A DNA stretch of 64,000 nucleotides, from the IMG/VR virus record IMGVR_UViG_3300027732_001162; one strand, given 5' to 3'. Positions 54,655-64,000 of this stretch are shown in pieces (position 1 is the first letter of the stretch; every line of letters begins with the position of its first letter). Made by a program: the position numbers and the translations under genes. The DNA comes from an uncultured virus (IMG/VR IMGVR_UViG_3300027732_001162). Taxonomy: Duplodnaviria; Heunggongvirae; Uroviricota; Caudoviricetes. The notes under the pieces were generated by a model, which was not told where the DNA came from, searched no databases, and was given only the letters and a program-made list of their open reading frames with translations.

Positions 54655-56151
54655 TTAACCAATCATACCAAATTTAAACCACATGCCCGGAGCACCTGCA
54701 ACGCAACAGATCCAACCAACATTACCGCCAATCTGTGGAACATCGCTCCAACAAATGTCGCCAACATTGTAATTACCTTGTTCAGGCGCACTCGCACCAG
54801 TAATGAATTTTCGGCCAGCGAACCCAATATTACCAGCCACTGCAAACTGTAGCTCTGGATCTGGATTATTTACGTTAACGCTTAGTGTACCAAACGCTCG
54901 AATTTGTCTACGGGTATTTTCTGAAGAACCAATTGTAATACTTCCGCTGTCAGCATAGATGATGTTTTGTTCACCCACTGTTAGATTGAAACTTAGGCTA
55001 CTAGTAACGCCTCTATCATTAACTTTAACCAGTTGACTACCTTCACCAAAATTAATTTCTGTTGCTTGTATCTTTTGTGCAGTAGTATCGCTAAGAACCG
55101 ACGCCCCATTTACAGTTAATGACGTGAGATTACCCACGCTAGTCAAACTAGAATCTGTAACAGATACACCTAGTGTGGTTTCGTCCAATACTCTATTATT
55201 ATTAATCATTAAACTGCGATGCGCCGCAAGTTCAATATGTTCACTTGACCATAGTCTATCTGGATCAGGGCGTAGGATAAGTTGCTTAGGACTTCCAGAA
55301 CCCACCCACTGCAAACCAATACCGAAAACTGTGCCGTCGGTTGCTAGAAATTTAACGCTGTCAGTACGTTCAATTTTAGTTTCAGTAACAATGTTTTCTG
55401 CATGTATTGTACCATGTACAAAGAACTTAGCGCCACGACTTGTGACATTTCCAACATGTACATCACCGCCTGTTTTAACTGTAACACGGGCAATATTGTC
55501 TGTAGTAATAGCAACATCGTGATTGCTGTAAGTACCGATGTTTACTGTGCCTGTACTTGGACTGCCAATAACAAATTCTGCACCGTTGTCAACAATACTA
55601 AATGAACCGTTAGGACTTTCAGTACCAAAACCAACTCGTCCAGTATCGCTATCTACATAAACAAACTGTCCAATCTCAACATTACCATTAACAATTAAGT
55701 TGTTTAATGGACCTAATTGACGCAAACTTGAACGGCTAACGCTACTACCTAACGTATTACCAGTCAGTACTTCGATATTATCTATCTTGTAAGCACGGCC
55801 ACGCTCCAAATCCAAATGTAAGTTGGTGTATAGTCTGTTGCCTGGACGGTATACGAGTGTGCTTTCTGTATCGCCAACGTTCCAAGTAACACCTTGTCCG
55901 TTTAATGACTCTTCGGATTCAGCTCTAAAATTAGTAGTGTCTCCACTGCCGCCGCCAAGTCCCTTATTAATAATTTGGTTAGCTTCGATAACATCGGCAA
56001 CAATTCTGCCTTTCACAATCAAATTATCTTGTACACTAGCGCCGCCCAAGATTTCAAGTGACCCAGTAAGGGAAGTAGGACCTTCTACATAACGTAGCAG
56101 GGCCTTGTTAATTACAATTTTATCGTCTAGTATAGTGAATAGTTGGCTCAT
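54655..56151 (-). CDS. Tail fibre/structural protein
   Basis: Repeated LGxSVxxSSLxxxGxL motifs and C-terminal GDICW...GWIC...PGMW; TATAAATA at 56170-56177. Confidence 0.7.
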   Translation of the reverse strand: MSQLFTILDDKIVINKALLRYVEGPTSLTGSLEILGGASVQDNLIVKGRIVADVIEANQIINKGLGGGSGDTTNFRAESEESLNGQGVTWNVGDTESTLVYRPGNRLYTNLHLDLERGRAYKIDNIEVLTGNTLGSSVSRSSLRQLGPLNNLIVNGNVEIGQFVYVDSDTGRVGFGTESPNGSFSIVDNGAEFVIGSPSTGTVNIGTYSNHDVAITTDNIARVTVKTGGDVHVGNVTSRGAKFFVHGTIHAENIVTETKIERTDSVKFLATDGTVFGIGLQWVGSGSPKQLILRPDPDRLWSSEHIELAAHRSLMINNNRVLDETTLGVSVTDSSLTSVGNLTSLTVNGASVLSDTTAQKIQATEINFGEGSQLVKVNDRGVTSSLSFNLTVGEQNIIYADSGSITIGSSENTRRQIRAFGTLSVNVNNPDPELQFAVAGNIGFAGRKFITGASAPEQGNYNVGDICWSDVPQIGGNVGWICCVAGAPGMWFKFGMIG

Positions 56152-56199
56152 GTAGGCAGTCCTTTTGTATATTTATACCAAAAGACACAAACATAAAAG

Positions 56200-56231
56200 C
56201 CAAAAGAAAGCCCAGGAGTCCTGGGCTTTCT
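56200..56231 (-). terminator. Rho-independent terminator
   Basis: AGAAAGCCCAG-GACTC-CTGGGCTTTCT-TTTG directly after the stop of the 56234 gene. Confidence 0.85.
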
Positions 56232-56233
56232 AA

Positions 56234-57439
56234 TTATGCTACTTTGAGTAGGATAGTATCTTCGTTAATGCGTCCGTTCATTCGAGTGTCTGTGGCGTTG
56301 ATATCTTCCAAGAACTTACGCAACTGTACCTTGCCAGCGGCTTTGAATTCCTTGAGCTTGTCCTCAGGCTTGCGAACAGTCTTTTGTACACTGGTATTCT
56401 CATTAAATCCAGTGATTGTGGTGCCTTTAACACCTAGCACATTAAACTCTTTAGCAACATACTTGCCCAACTTGCGTGTTTTAGTGTTGAAGATCCACAG
56501 TTCGCTAGTGCCAATAATGTCAGCTGGGTTAATACTCACAAGTTTTAGAGGCTCGTTGGTCTTCATGTACTTGAGTTTGGCAACAATCTTTTCTGCTGGA
56601 ACTGCTTTCTTAGCACGTGGCGCACGATTAACTTTGGCTTCTTGTGCCAGCATATCACATGCACTCATAATCTCTTGATAGAATGCAATCAAGTTCTTGA
56701 TTTGCTTCTTCGTACGGTGGCTGTAGCCCTCACGTAGCTGTTCGTCTGCACCGCCGGATGCCAACTCCTCCAGCTCAGCTAAATCCTTGCTGTAGAACCC
56801 TTTAATGATCCTTGCGTGAGCGGCTTTGACTTCTTTGCCTTTGAGCAAGTTAAGCATCTTAAATGCTTTGGGATCAAAAGATTCTGGATCAGTTTGGAAG
56901 CCTTCGATGGCATCTTCAATTTCTTCAGTCATTCTGTAGGCAGATTCTTTAACCCGCTCTTGGATGGTTGGAACATACACCGATGGTTTGGCCGCTTCAG
57001 CCGCTTTGACTTCGTCCGGGTCAACATCATTTTTGCCTTCAGCAATAACTTTGACAATCTCAGCTCGCAACCAAGCGGCCGTGTCGCGTCCTTGATTAAA
57101 GTCAGCGCGGTGTGGAGTCATACCGCGATTCAAACAGCAGGCCACTGCACCCATTGTGGTACCAACACGCGAATCTTTTACTTTTTTGAACGCTGTAATG
57201 TCAGATTTGACGCAACCAACAGTTTCCATCCACTTGGCAACAGCAGGCTTGTAACTCTTAATGTCACTTTCTAAACGATAGAAATCCATCGAGCGTTTGA
57301 AATGACGATGGAATGTGTCTGCGTCCCAAGTTTCGCAACCTTCCCAAACTGGGCTATAGTCTTTGACAGCACGAGTACGATGTGCGGTTACTTGTTTCTT
57401 AGTAATGCGTGACTTTTTTACTGGTGCTTTAGTAGCCAA
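56234..57439 (-). CDS. Conserved hypothetical phage protein (early)
   Basis: Likely TTG start after an AGGAG SD; PTIQER, VKGTTI and NGRIN motifs. Confidence 0.75.
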   Translation of the reverse strand: MATKAPVKKSRITKKQVTAHRTRAVKDYSPVWEGCETWDADTFHRHFKRSMDFYRLESDIKSYKPAVAKWMETVGCVKSDITAFKKVKDSRVGTTMGAVACCLNRGMTPHRADFNQGRDTAAWLRAEIVKVIAEGKNDVDPDEVKAAEAAKPSVYVPTIQERVKESAYRMTEEIEDAIEGFQTDPESFDPKAFKMLNLLKGKEVKAAHARIIKGFYSKDLAELEELASGGADEQLREGYSHRTKKQIKNLIAFYQEIMSACDMLAQEAKVNRAPRAKKAVPAEKIVAKLKYMKTNEPLKLVSINPADIIGTSELWIFNTKTRKLGKYVAKEFNVLGVKGTTITGFNENTSVQKTVRKPEDKLKEFKAAGKVQLRKFLEDINATDTRMNGRINEDTILLKVA

Positions 57440-57470
57440 TTTCTGCTCCTGTTTGTTTAACAATGTATGT

Positions 57471-57499
57471 ATTATAGCGTCTCTGGGTCATGATGTCAA
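57471..57499 (-). promoter_or_regulatory. Perfect sigma70 promoter TTGACA-N17-TATAAT
   Basis: Read directly. Confidence 0.85.
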
Positions 57500-58201
57500 C
57501 CGCTCTTTTATGTAGGGAACCAAAATAGTTCTTGCCCAAATGTCGTGCCCGTCAATGTTATAGTGGCCGCAAGACATCTGAGTTGCTGGAAAATTTCGAA
57601 TTAAATAATCTGAAAATGTTTCCTTCAAATGATTTTGACTAGGATCAGGAGTTGCCAATTTCATCTTCTCAATTTCTGTAGCTGTACACTTGGGCATATT
57701 GTCCATGTAATACTCAAATTTTTCATACACATCCAAATACGAATCGGTAAACCAAATGAATTTCTTTTTATGAAAATGTAATAAATTTATTAAACTGTAA
57801 AAATTTATATACCATAATCGATTAAAATGATTGTCGCCGGTAAGTATACCATAGTACTGATTTAAGGCTGTCTTAAATTGTCGACCCTTAGGATCTAAGC
57901 TATCAGGTTTAATTATACTAATTGCTTCATTTTCAGAAGTAATCAATTTAAACCAACTTGTGTTTGTTGGTAAATGAACAAGTAGTATGTCATCGGGCAA
58001 ACTGCTAGGCAAAAATCCGTATACATCTGTATAGATCTGATCTAAGCCATTTCCTGTACGTGCTAGATTAATACATTCACACTTTAAGTCGTTGGCAACA
58101 ACCTGAGGATATGCAAATTTACTAATAGCATCAGTATCTCCTTTGATATCCTGCAAATTATATCCAGTAGTATGACTACTGCCAAATGCTATTATTCTCA
58201 T
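57488..58201 (-). CDS. SGNH/GDSL-like protein
   Basis: FGSSHTTG block I, NLARTGNG block II and C-terminal GHYNIDGH. Confidence 0.7.
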   Translation of the reverse strand: MRIIAFGSSHTTGYNLQDIKGDTDAISKFAYPQVVANDLKCECINLARTGNGLDQIYTDVYGFLPSSLPDDILLVHLPTNTSWFKLITSENEAISIIKPDSLDPKGRQFKTALNQYYGILTGDNHFNRLWYINFYSLINLLHFHKKKFIWFTDSYLDVYEKFEYYMDNMPKCTATEIEKMKLATPDPSQNHLKETFSDYLIRNFPATQMSCGHYNIDGHDIWARTILVPYIKERLTS

Positions 58202-58719
58202 AATTCTTCTAAGATATTTTCTAATACCATACAATTACCAGCATCGTCCATATGGTTTATATTGCCAGGGTTACTGGTCCATATATCGTAGTAGCAACTG
58301 CTATCAAAAAAATTTAAATGTATGCTGTTAGGTACAGATGTTAGATCCTTGTACATTAGTTCGTATGTATCTTTGAAATAAATTTCATCCCATATTTGTT
58401 TTAAAATACTAATAAATTTATCTTCTTTTTTATCGTGTATATCTGCTAAGATTAAATCGCACAATGGATGACTTGGTAGTAATCTACTCCATATAGTCTC
58501 TGTATTTTTTAGATATACTCTGCTAAAACTGGTGTGACAAAAAATTACACGGTCGCTGGGATTGATGTTTATCTTGTGCTGTTGATATGTTTTCCATATT
58601 CTATATTCGCTACTACCATTGCTGGCAAGATTAATAACATTGGGACCAAGCATCTTGCTCCATGATTTGCTATCAGAGCTTGACGCAAAACTATCTCCAA
58701 ATATCCAAATTCTATTCAT
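58198..58719 (-). CDS. SGNH/GDSL-like protein
   Basis: FGDSF, NLASNGSS and C-terminal NHMDDAGN. Confidence 0.7.
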   Translation of the reverse strand: MNRIWIFGDSFASSSDSKSWSKMLGPNVINLASNGSSEYRIWKTYQQHKININPSDRVIFCHTSFSRVYLKNTETIWSRLLPSHPLCDLILADIHDKKEDKFISILKQIWDEIYFKDTYELMYKDLTSVPNSIHLNFFDSSCYYDIWTSNPGNINHMDDAGNCMVLENILEEL

Positions 58720-59908
58720 AGTAAGGTCTGATCTCTTCCACAATCTCTTCCGGCAAAATATCCAACAAGTTTTCATTACGCACAGTATCGTGTTGTTTGA
58801 ATGTTTTGTAGGCTTGTTTGATTTCATCATCACTGGGCTGTTGACTATACATCAAACTAACAATGCCTGCGATGTCGTTTTTATATCTGCCCCAATCGTA
58901 GGTAGCCCACTTGGCCTTAATACGATCTTTAAGTGTGGCAGGAATCATATACACTGCCATATGCGGCGGATAGTGAATAATGTTATTCCATATTTTAAAT
59001 TCATCTAGTTCATCTTTGACAAACGTATGAAATTCTGGTAACTCCCAAGCATTGATCCAACCAATAGTATGGCTAACGCTTGGTCCTATTTTTCTGCGAT
59101 TGATAGTTTTAATCATGTCGTTATAGGCAAACATATTGGCCTTGACTTCTTCCCATTCGCCAGGATGTCTTAAGTAATTGTATACTTTGCCCATGCCGTC
59201 AACACTAAGCCCGAGCCCAATGTGTCTAAAATTCTCTACTAGATCTGCAACTGTATCTCCAGCATAGATAGTGCAGTTAGTACTAATATCCATGTTGATA
59301 TTCTTAGCCAAGTCTTGTTCAATAAACTCCTGCCACAGTATCTTCCAACGATTAATGTAAAAAGGCTCACCGCCTACAATTTCTAATCTAGCAACACTGG
59401 GCATCCACTCACTACGCTTGTTCCATAACACGCTGTCGTTTTCGCCACTCTGTCCTTCGGGCATTTTGTAACCAGTATTACCCCAGATAACTTTGTGTTC
59501 AGCTTGCCACAAACTGCTATGACTCGGCGTACAGCTACGACATTTCAAGTTACAGGCATTGCTCAGTATCATTTGATACTCTACTGGGAATTCTGGCTCT
59601 TTAGTATAGTCCGGTAAAAAATAAAAATCACCTTCAATGTGACGTTGACGCTTGCTTGTGTAGTTGTTCTGTTCGTCAACAATACAAGTTTCGCAAGCAC
59701 TGGGTTTGGCACCGTCACGAAACTGCTGTCGTAAATCCTTCATGTATTTGCTGGAGAATATCTCCTTGACTGAGCTGGTTTGCACATACATTATCTGACC
59801 AGCATCGTCTTTGATGTGATCCTTGTACAGGCAACAGGGCCGTGCTTTGCCGTCTGGGTCATTACTGAATCCAGTCCAGGGTAATTTACAGTACCAGTTA
59901 GAGTCCAT
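58712..59908 (-). CDS. Radical SAM protein with N-terminal twitch/SPASM-like domain
   Basis: CKLPW...RPCC...CETC, CNLKCRSC and GGEP; start uncertain. Confidence 0.88.
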   Translation of the reverse strand: MDSNWYCKLPWTGFSNDPDGKARPCCLYKDHIKDDAGQIMYVQTSSVKEIFSSKYMKDLRQQFRDGAKPSACETCIVDEQNNYTSKRQRHIEGDFYFLPDYTKEPEFPVEYQMILSNACNLKCRSCTPSHSSLWQAEHKVIWGNTGYKMPEGQSGENDSVLWNKRSEWMPSVARLEIVGGEPFYINRWKILWQEFIEQDLAKNINMDISTNCTIYAGDTVADLVENFRHIGLGLSVDGMGKVYNYLRHPGEWEEVKANMFAYNDMIKTINRRKIGPSVSHTIGWINAWELPEFHTFVKDELDEFKIWNNIIHYPPHMAVYMIPATLKDRIKAKWATYDWGRYKNDIAGIVSLMYSQQPSDDEIKQAYKTFKQHDTVRNENLLDILPEEIVEEIRPYYE

Positions 59909-61217
59909 CGTACCACTCAACAAATCTTTTATCCAAGGCATGTCTAAAATTCTTTCCTCTACGGGTGTCATATTGCACAATGAAGTTCTTCAAATCATTG
60001 TACGCATCTTTAATTTCGTAATCTTGATCAATCCAGCCTGCATCCATAGTACTTATGAATCGCAATATGTGCTGTTGTTCTTTATCGTTAAGCAGTTTTT
60101 TATTCAACACGAACCAATTATTGACTTCATCGGCAAGTATCCTACGCTGTGCGGCGGGAATCATTTGTACACGCATAAACGCAGGGTAATGTACAAAGTT
60201 ACAATTGATCTCCACACGCTTCTTTCCGTACTTAGTCTTTAACTCACGCATGAGTTTCAGATAATCGATAAAACTCCAAACAGCCATATTATTAATGGCA
60301 GTGGTGACATTTAGCATAACACGTCTATGATGTAATATAAAATGTACGTTGGCTAACCATACTGTTTTATCAAAACCATCCCTAACATATTCAGCTTGGT
60401 CTAGATTGCTTTCCATACTGGTGTGTATGCGTAATTCTACCTTACGGGTTTTGTTCAGTAGAGACTGAAGTTCATCCTTGTAGCAAATCAAATTAGTGTT
60501 GACTATTAATGTGCCTTTGAATTTTTTAAACATATCCAAACAGCGCCAAAAATTTGGACTCATTAACGGCTCACCACCTGTGATGCGTAAACAGTTCAAA
60601 TCACGTTCTATGAGAGGCCACCATTTAAAAAATGATTCAGTGTATGGATTATGATCGTTATCTATAACATCATTACCAGAGTCGGTGTTGTAACGACTGT
60701 CTGTTATCAAGTTTACATACGGACCGCGCTTCTTTATATCACTTGCCCATTTGCTACTAAAACTTGGCCCACAATATGCACAGGCCAAATTACAAGTACG
60801 TTCAAAAGCAATTTCTAAAAGTGTAGGAGTAACAACCAGCGGTTTACTTTGAAACCAACGTTTAAATATTTTTGTAGGTACGCTGTTAGTTTTTATCACA
60901 CGATCACTCAGTGTTCCATTAGCTTCCGCATTCCAGCAATAACTACAATTGGTTGGCTTGCCGCCTGCCAACATGTCTATACGTTCTTTTAATTTGACAG
61001 GAGTGTTATGTAAAGAGCCAGGATCGTTTTGATCCAACTGTATCTTATGGAACGGGTTATGATGACAACTGGCAGTAGTTCCCTGATACAGCCATATAGT
61101 ACTTTCAAACCATTTAGCCCCACAAAATGTAGGGCTAACAGGATCCATTTTTTCTTCTTTAAAGTAAAAATATTTCTTTGCAGGATCCTTGGGTTTAAAC
61201 CAATTAAATAGATTCAT
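59898..61217 (-). CDS. Radical SAM protein (twitch-like N-domain)
   Basis: FCGAKW, SCHH, CSYCW, CNLACAYC and GGEP. Confidence 0.9.
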   Translation of the reverse strand: MNLFNWFKPKDPAKKYFYFKEEKMDPVSPTFCGAKWFESTIWLYQGTTASCHHNPFHKIQLDQNDPGSLHNTPVKLKERIDMLAGGKPTNCSYCWNAEANGTLSDRVIKTNSVPTKIFKRWFQSKPLVVTPTLLEIAFERTCNLACAYCGPSFSSKWASDIKKRGPYVNLITDSRYNTDSGNDVIDNDHNPYTESFFKWWPLIERDLNCLRITGGEPLMSPNFWRCLDMFKKFKGTLIVNTNLICYKDELQSLLNKTRKVELRIHTSMESNLDQAEYVRDGFDKTVWLANVHFILHHRRVMLNVTTAINNMAVWSFIDYLKLMRELKTKYGKKRVEINCNFVHYPAFMRVQMIPAAQRRILADEVNNWFVLNKKLLNDKEQQHILRFISTMDAGWIDQDYEIKDAYNDLKNFIVQYDTRRGKNFRHALDKRFVEWYDGL

Positions 61218-62553
61218 ACCATTCTACAAGCATGGGGCTAAATGTTTTACGGAAATCTTTTCCTCTACGAACATCATATTGTTCGTAAAATTGTTTGAAA
61301 TCTTTTTGTGCTGTGGCTTGTACATAACCCTCACCGTGTGGAGTTTTAACAATGTCTAAGTAATCTATCAAACGTTCAATATTACTCTTTTCAAAGTTAT
61401 TCAAATCCGGATTGCCACGATTAAGTTCATACCACTCAGCAAGACGTTTATTATATTCTTGTCTAACGTGATCCGGCAAAGTTAATGCACTTTGGAAACT
61501 TGGAAAACGCAGTATGTTAAGACTAAAGTTAATGTGCCATTGTCCATACGTCTTCTTCCAAGCCATTACTTGATCCAACATCTCAGGCAAACTTTCCAAG
61601 CATAATGCGTTAATAGTCATCATAACACTTAGACGCATACGTTCTGCTTTAAGCAAGAATTCCATATTACTGATCCATTGACTCCATTCCAATCCGTCAC
61701 GAATGTATTCAGCATGTGGCCCTACACTTTCATTGCTGGTATACAGCATCATCTTAACACCGTCAGTACTGTCTAGCATACGTTGTACTACATCTTGCCC
61801 GAATCCCAAATTACTATTAATGGCTAGCTGACATGTACTCTTATTTTTGTTTGCTTTAAACCAATCAAACAACTTCCAAGTGTGCCCACTCATCAAGGGC
61901 TCGCCACCTGTGATGCGTAACTCTTTCAGTGTGCGGTGTAGGTCACTTTCCCACCATTTAAAAAATGCTTCAATATACGGATTCTCTTCATGAAAGTCAA
62001 ACAACTGATCGTTTTCGTGTACATGAGTAAAATGTCCACGACCATCTGTGACTAGATTAACATAAGGACCGTTCTTCTTAATATCTTTAACCCATGTTGT
62101 ACTGAACGCTGGGTTACAATAACTACAAGCAAACTGACAAGTACGGTCAAATGCTATTTCAAGTGTTTGCAAATCCACATCCTGGTCCACTGGAGTTCTT
62201 GTTGCTTCCAGCAATGCTTCTTCGGTGTATGTCATACTCTTGTAAGGTCTGTCACTTACAGCGTCCACACCCATATCTTCAATCTTCCAGCAGTACTCAC
62301 ACCCTGAAGGACGTTCTCCAGCCAACATCTTACGGCGATCTTCTTTCTTCTGGGGAGTGTTATGAATTGCCTTGGGATTAAATTTAACTATTTGTATGTC
62401 TGCTTTATGTGCAGGCGGATGATGACAACTTGTTGTTTGCCCTGATCCAAGCCAGATAGTGGCATTGTACCACTTGGCTCCGCAGAAGCTGGGGCTAATA
62501 GCATCCAGTACACGTTTTTTATATTCTAAATCGGTTTCGTTAGGTCTTTTCAC
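61204..62553 (-). CDS. Radical SAM protein (twitch-like N-domain)
   Basis: FCGAKW, SCHH, CEYCW, CQFACSYC and GGEP. Confidence 0.9.
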   Translation of the reverse strand: MKRPNETDLEYKKRVLDAISPSFCGAKWYNATIWLGSGQTTSCHHPPAHKADIQIVKFNPKAIHNTPQKKEDRRKMLAGERPSGCEYCWKIEDMGVDAVSDRPYKSMTYTEEALLEATRTPVDQDVDLQTLEIAFDRTCQFACSYCNPAFSTTWVKDIKKNGPYVNLVTDGRGHFTHVHENDQLFDFHEENPYIEAFFKWWESDLHRTLKELRITGGEPLMSGHTWKLFDWFKANKNKSTCQLAINSNLGFGQDVVQRMLDSTDGVKMMLYTSNESVGPHAEYIRDGLEWSQWISNMEFLLKAERMRLSVMMTINALCLESLPEMLDQVMAWKKTYGQWHINFSLNILRFPSFQSALTLPDHVRQEYNKRLAEWYELNRGNPDLNNFEKSNIERLIDYLDIVKTPHGEGYVQATAQKDFKQFYEQYDVRRGKDFRKTFSPMLVEWYESI

Positions 62554-63940
62554 AAGTGTTCCAAAAGTCTGTTAGTTCGGGGAATGTATTTAAAAAACTT
62601 GTTCCCCTGCGTTCATCATGCTGGCTAAAGAATAGATAAAAGTTCTTCATTGCTGTGGCTCTGTCAAACTTGCTGTCACTCTTTACCCAGTCAATCAGGC
62701 GTTGTACTTTGCTGATTTCAAAATCTTTAAAACCCTTAAAGCGATTGTGTTCGCCTTCTTCATTTGCCTTCATAAAATCTATAGCACGTTCTAATTCAGA
62801 CACCATGTTAGGTAGCAGTTTGGGATTCATCCACATAGGGTCATTCAGCATAGGAATGTCAAACCAGATCAGCTGTCTATCTGTGTTGTATTCTTGTCTT
62901 AATTTATGTATGTTCTCAATGTACTTAACAAAGCCAGTATAGCTCAGGGCATTGAATGTGATAATAAAGGTAAGACTGTGTTTGCTACTGTTCTTCAAGT
63001 AGTCAGTTATGTTAGTATATAGGGTACAGAAGTCTAAACCATTACGAATATACTCTGCTTGAGCACCCCACGAGTCTAAACTACAGAACAACATAAAGTG
63101 ATTAACAGCATCCGTATCTGTAATCTCTTTCAAGCTGGTCATGAACTTAGTCCATTGTCCTTTAGGTGGACAACAGTTTGATGTGATGCTTAGATGTAAC
63201 CGCTCGCTTGGGTGTTCTTTAACGTAATCAAACATACGGAATGTATTCTTGTCCATCAAAGGTTCGCCGCCAGTCATGCGGAAGGTGTGTAGTGTGGGAT
63301 ATATCTGTGGTAACCATTCCCAAAAAGCTAACAAGTATGGATTGTCTAAACTGTTGTTGGGAACCATGTTTTGATTCCGCATCCATTGTGTGTCGTTGTG
63401 TGTTTTATTGTCTGCTAACAAGTAAGGCCCGTGTCGGTCTATTTCCTTGTTCCACTCTGTGCTTAGGTGCGGAGAGCAATAACTACATTTCAAGTTACAG
63501 GCTTGATTAAAGTTTACTTCCACATAACGTGGATTAGGATTCTCTACCAACTGCGCTTCTTCTATCAAGCCAGGCTCATACACATCCTTGCTACGATAAG
63601 CTCTGTCACTTAGTTGTGTGCCGCTGTCTTCAATTTGCCAGCAAAATCCGCACTCGATCGGCCGCTCACCTTTCAGCATGAGTTTACGCTGATTCTTTTT
63701 ATATTTGGTATTGTGTAGTGCTGATACATCAATAGCAATTTCCTTCAGAGGAATTTGATGTGTGGGCGGATGATAACAACTGTGTGTGCGACCTGTGGGT
63801 ATGTGTATGCTGACATTGTACCACTTGGCAAGACAGAAACTAGGGCTGACTTTGTTAAGGGCAGAAAAGACCGACTCCGAATCATTTAAGTAATGTGATT
63901 CAAAGCGGCCGTTTACGTTAGTTACTTCATCGCCCTTCAT
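62540..63940 (-). CDS. Radical SAM protein (twitch-like N-domain)
   Basis: FCLAKW, SCYH, CGFCW, CNLKCSYC and GGEP; ATG overlaps the upstream TAA. Confidence 0.9.
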   Translation of the reverse strand: MKGDEVTNVNGRFESHYLNDSESVFSALNKVSPSFCLAKWYNVSIHIPTGRTHSCYHPPTHQIPLKEIAIDVSALHNTKYKKNQRKLMLKGERPIECGFCWQIEDSGTQLSDRAYRSKDVYEPGLIEEAQLVENPNPRYVEVNFNQACNLKCSYCSPHLSTEWNKEIDRHGPYLLADNKTHNDTQWMRNQNMVPNNSLDNPYLLAFWEWLPQIYPTLHTFRMTGGEPLMDKNTFRMFDYVKEHPSERLHLSITSNCCPPKGQWTKFMTSLKEITDTDAVNHFMLFCSLDSWGAQAEYIRNGLDFCTLYTNITDYLKNSSKHSLTFIITFNALSYTGFVKYIENIHKLRQEYNTDRQLIWFDIPMLNDPMWMNPKLLPNMVSELERAIDFMKANEEGEHNRFKGFKDFEISKVQRLIDWVKSDSKFDRATAMKNFYLFFSQHDERRGTSFLNTFPELTDFWNTCEKT

Positions 63941-64000
63941 TAGGTCCAAAGACTTTGACGTATTTTGATAAGACGAATCATCATGGCTTCATCTTCTGCT
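63940..64000 (-). CDS. Partial (C-terminal) hypothetical protein
   Basis: Manual translation ...AEDEAMMIRLIKIRQSLWT-stop. Confidence 0.6.
   Translation of the reverse strand, partial: AEDEAMMIRLIKIRQSLWT

Noticed and set aside
1..64000. Stop-codon reassignment as seen in some large phages
   Set aside because: Genes are full length and tile tightly in the standard code; TAA, TGA and TAG all act as stops.
1..64000. CRISPR array, tRNA genes or diversity-generating retroelement
   Set aside because: No repeat-spacer pattern, cloverleaf or reverse transcriptase seen; intergenic gaps are short. Inspection was by eye only.

Overview
A gene-dense 64 kb segment of a large (probably jumbo) tailed dsDNA phage with T4-like features. 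It uses the standard genetic code and almost all genes lie on the minus strand. Spanin-like genes, consensus sigma70 promoters and an ErpA-like gene point to a Gram-negative, probably proteobacterial host. From left to right: (1) a DNA-modification-type cluster with a partial glycosyltransferase-like gene, a QueD-paralogue T-fold protein with an LxxxHRHxF motif, a Zn-dependent dehydrogenase, a Gfo/Idh/MocA oxidoreductase, a divergent TGT/DpdA-like transglycosylase and a UDP-glucose dehydrogenase; (2) a putative sliding clamp, family B DNA polymerase and DsbA/GapR-like protein; (3) a block of probable internal-head proteins with Glu-delimited propeptide-like N-termini, including Dps, a ligase-like KWDG protein and a HIGH-nucleotidyltransferase/P-loop kinase fusion; (4) DnaJ-PDF-ClpA; (5) a lysis cassette; (6) PhoH, dCMP deaminase, clamp loader, GroES and a stand-alone DnaE fragment; (7) baseplate and tail genes, including a 4607-aa repeat-rich fibre; (8) ErpA, UvsE and QueD; (9) two SGNH-like genes and four tandem radical SAM genes. 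The most notable observations are a candidate sugar- or redox-elaborated 7-deazaguanine DNA modification system whose transglycosylase shares a C-terminal clamp-binding-like FxxLF(D/E) motif with the polymerase, and three structured RNA leaders (before pol, phoH and queD). All calls are from motif recognition by eye; no database searches were run.
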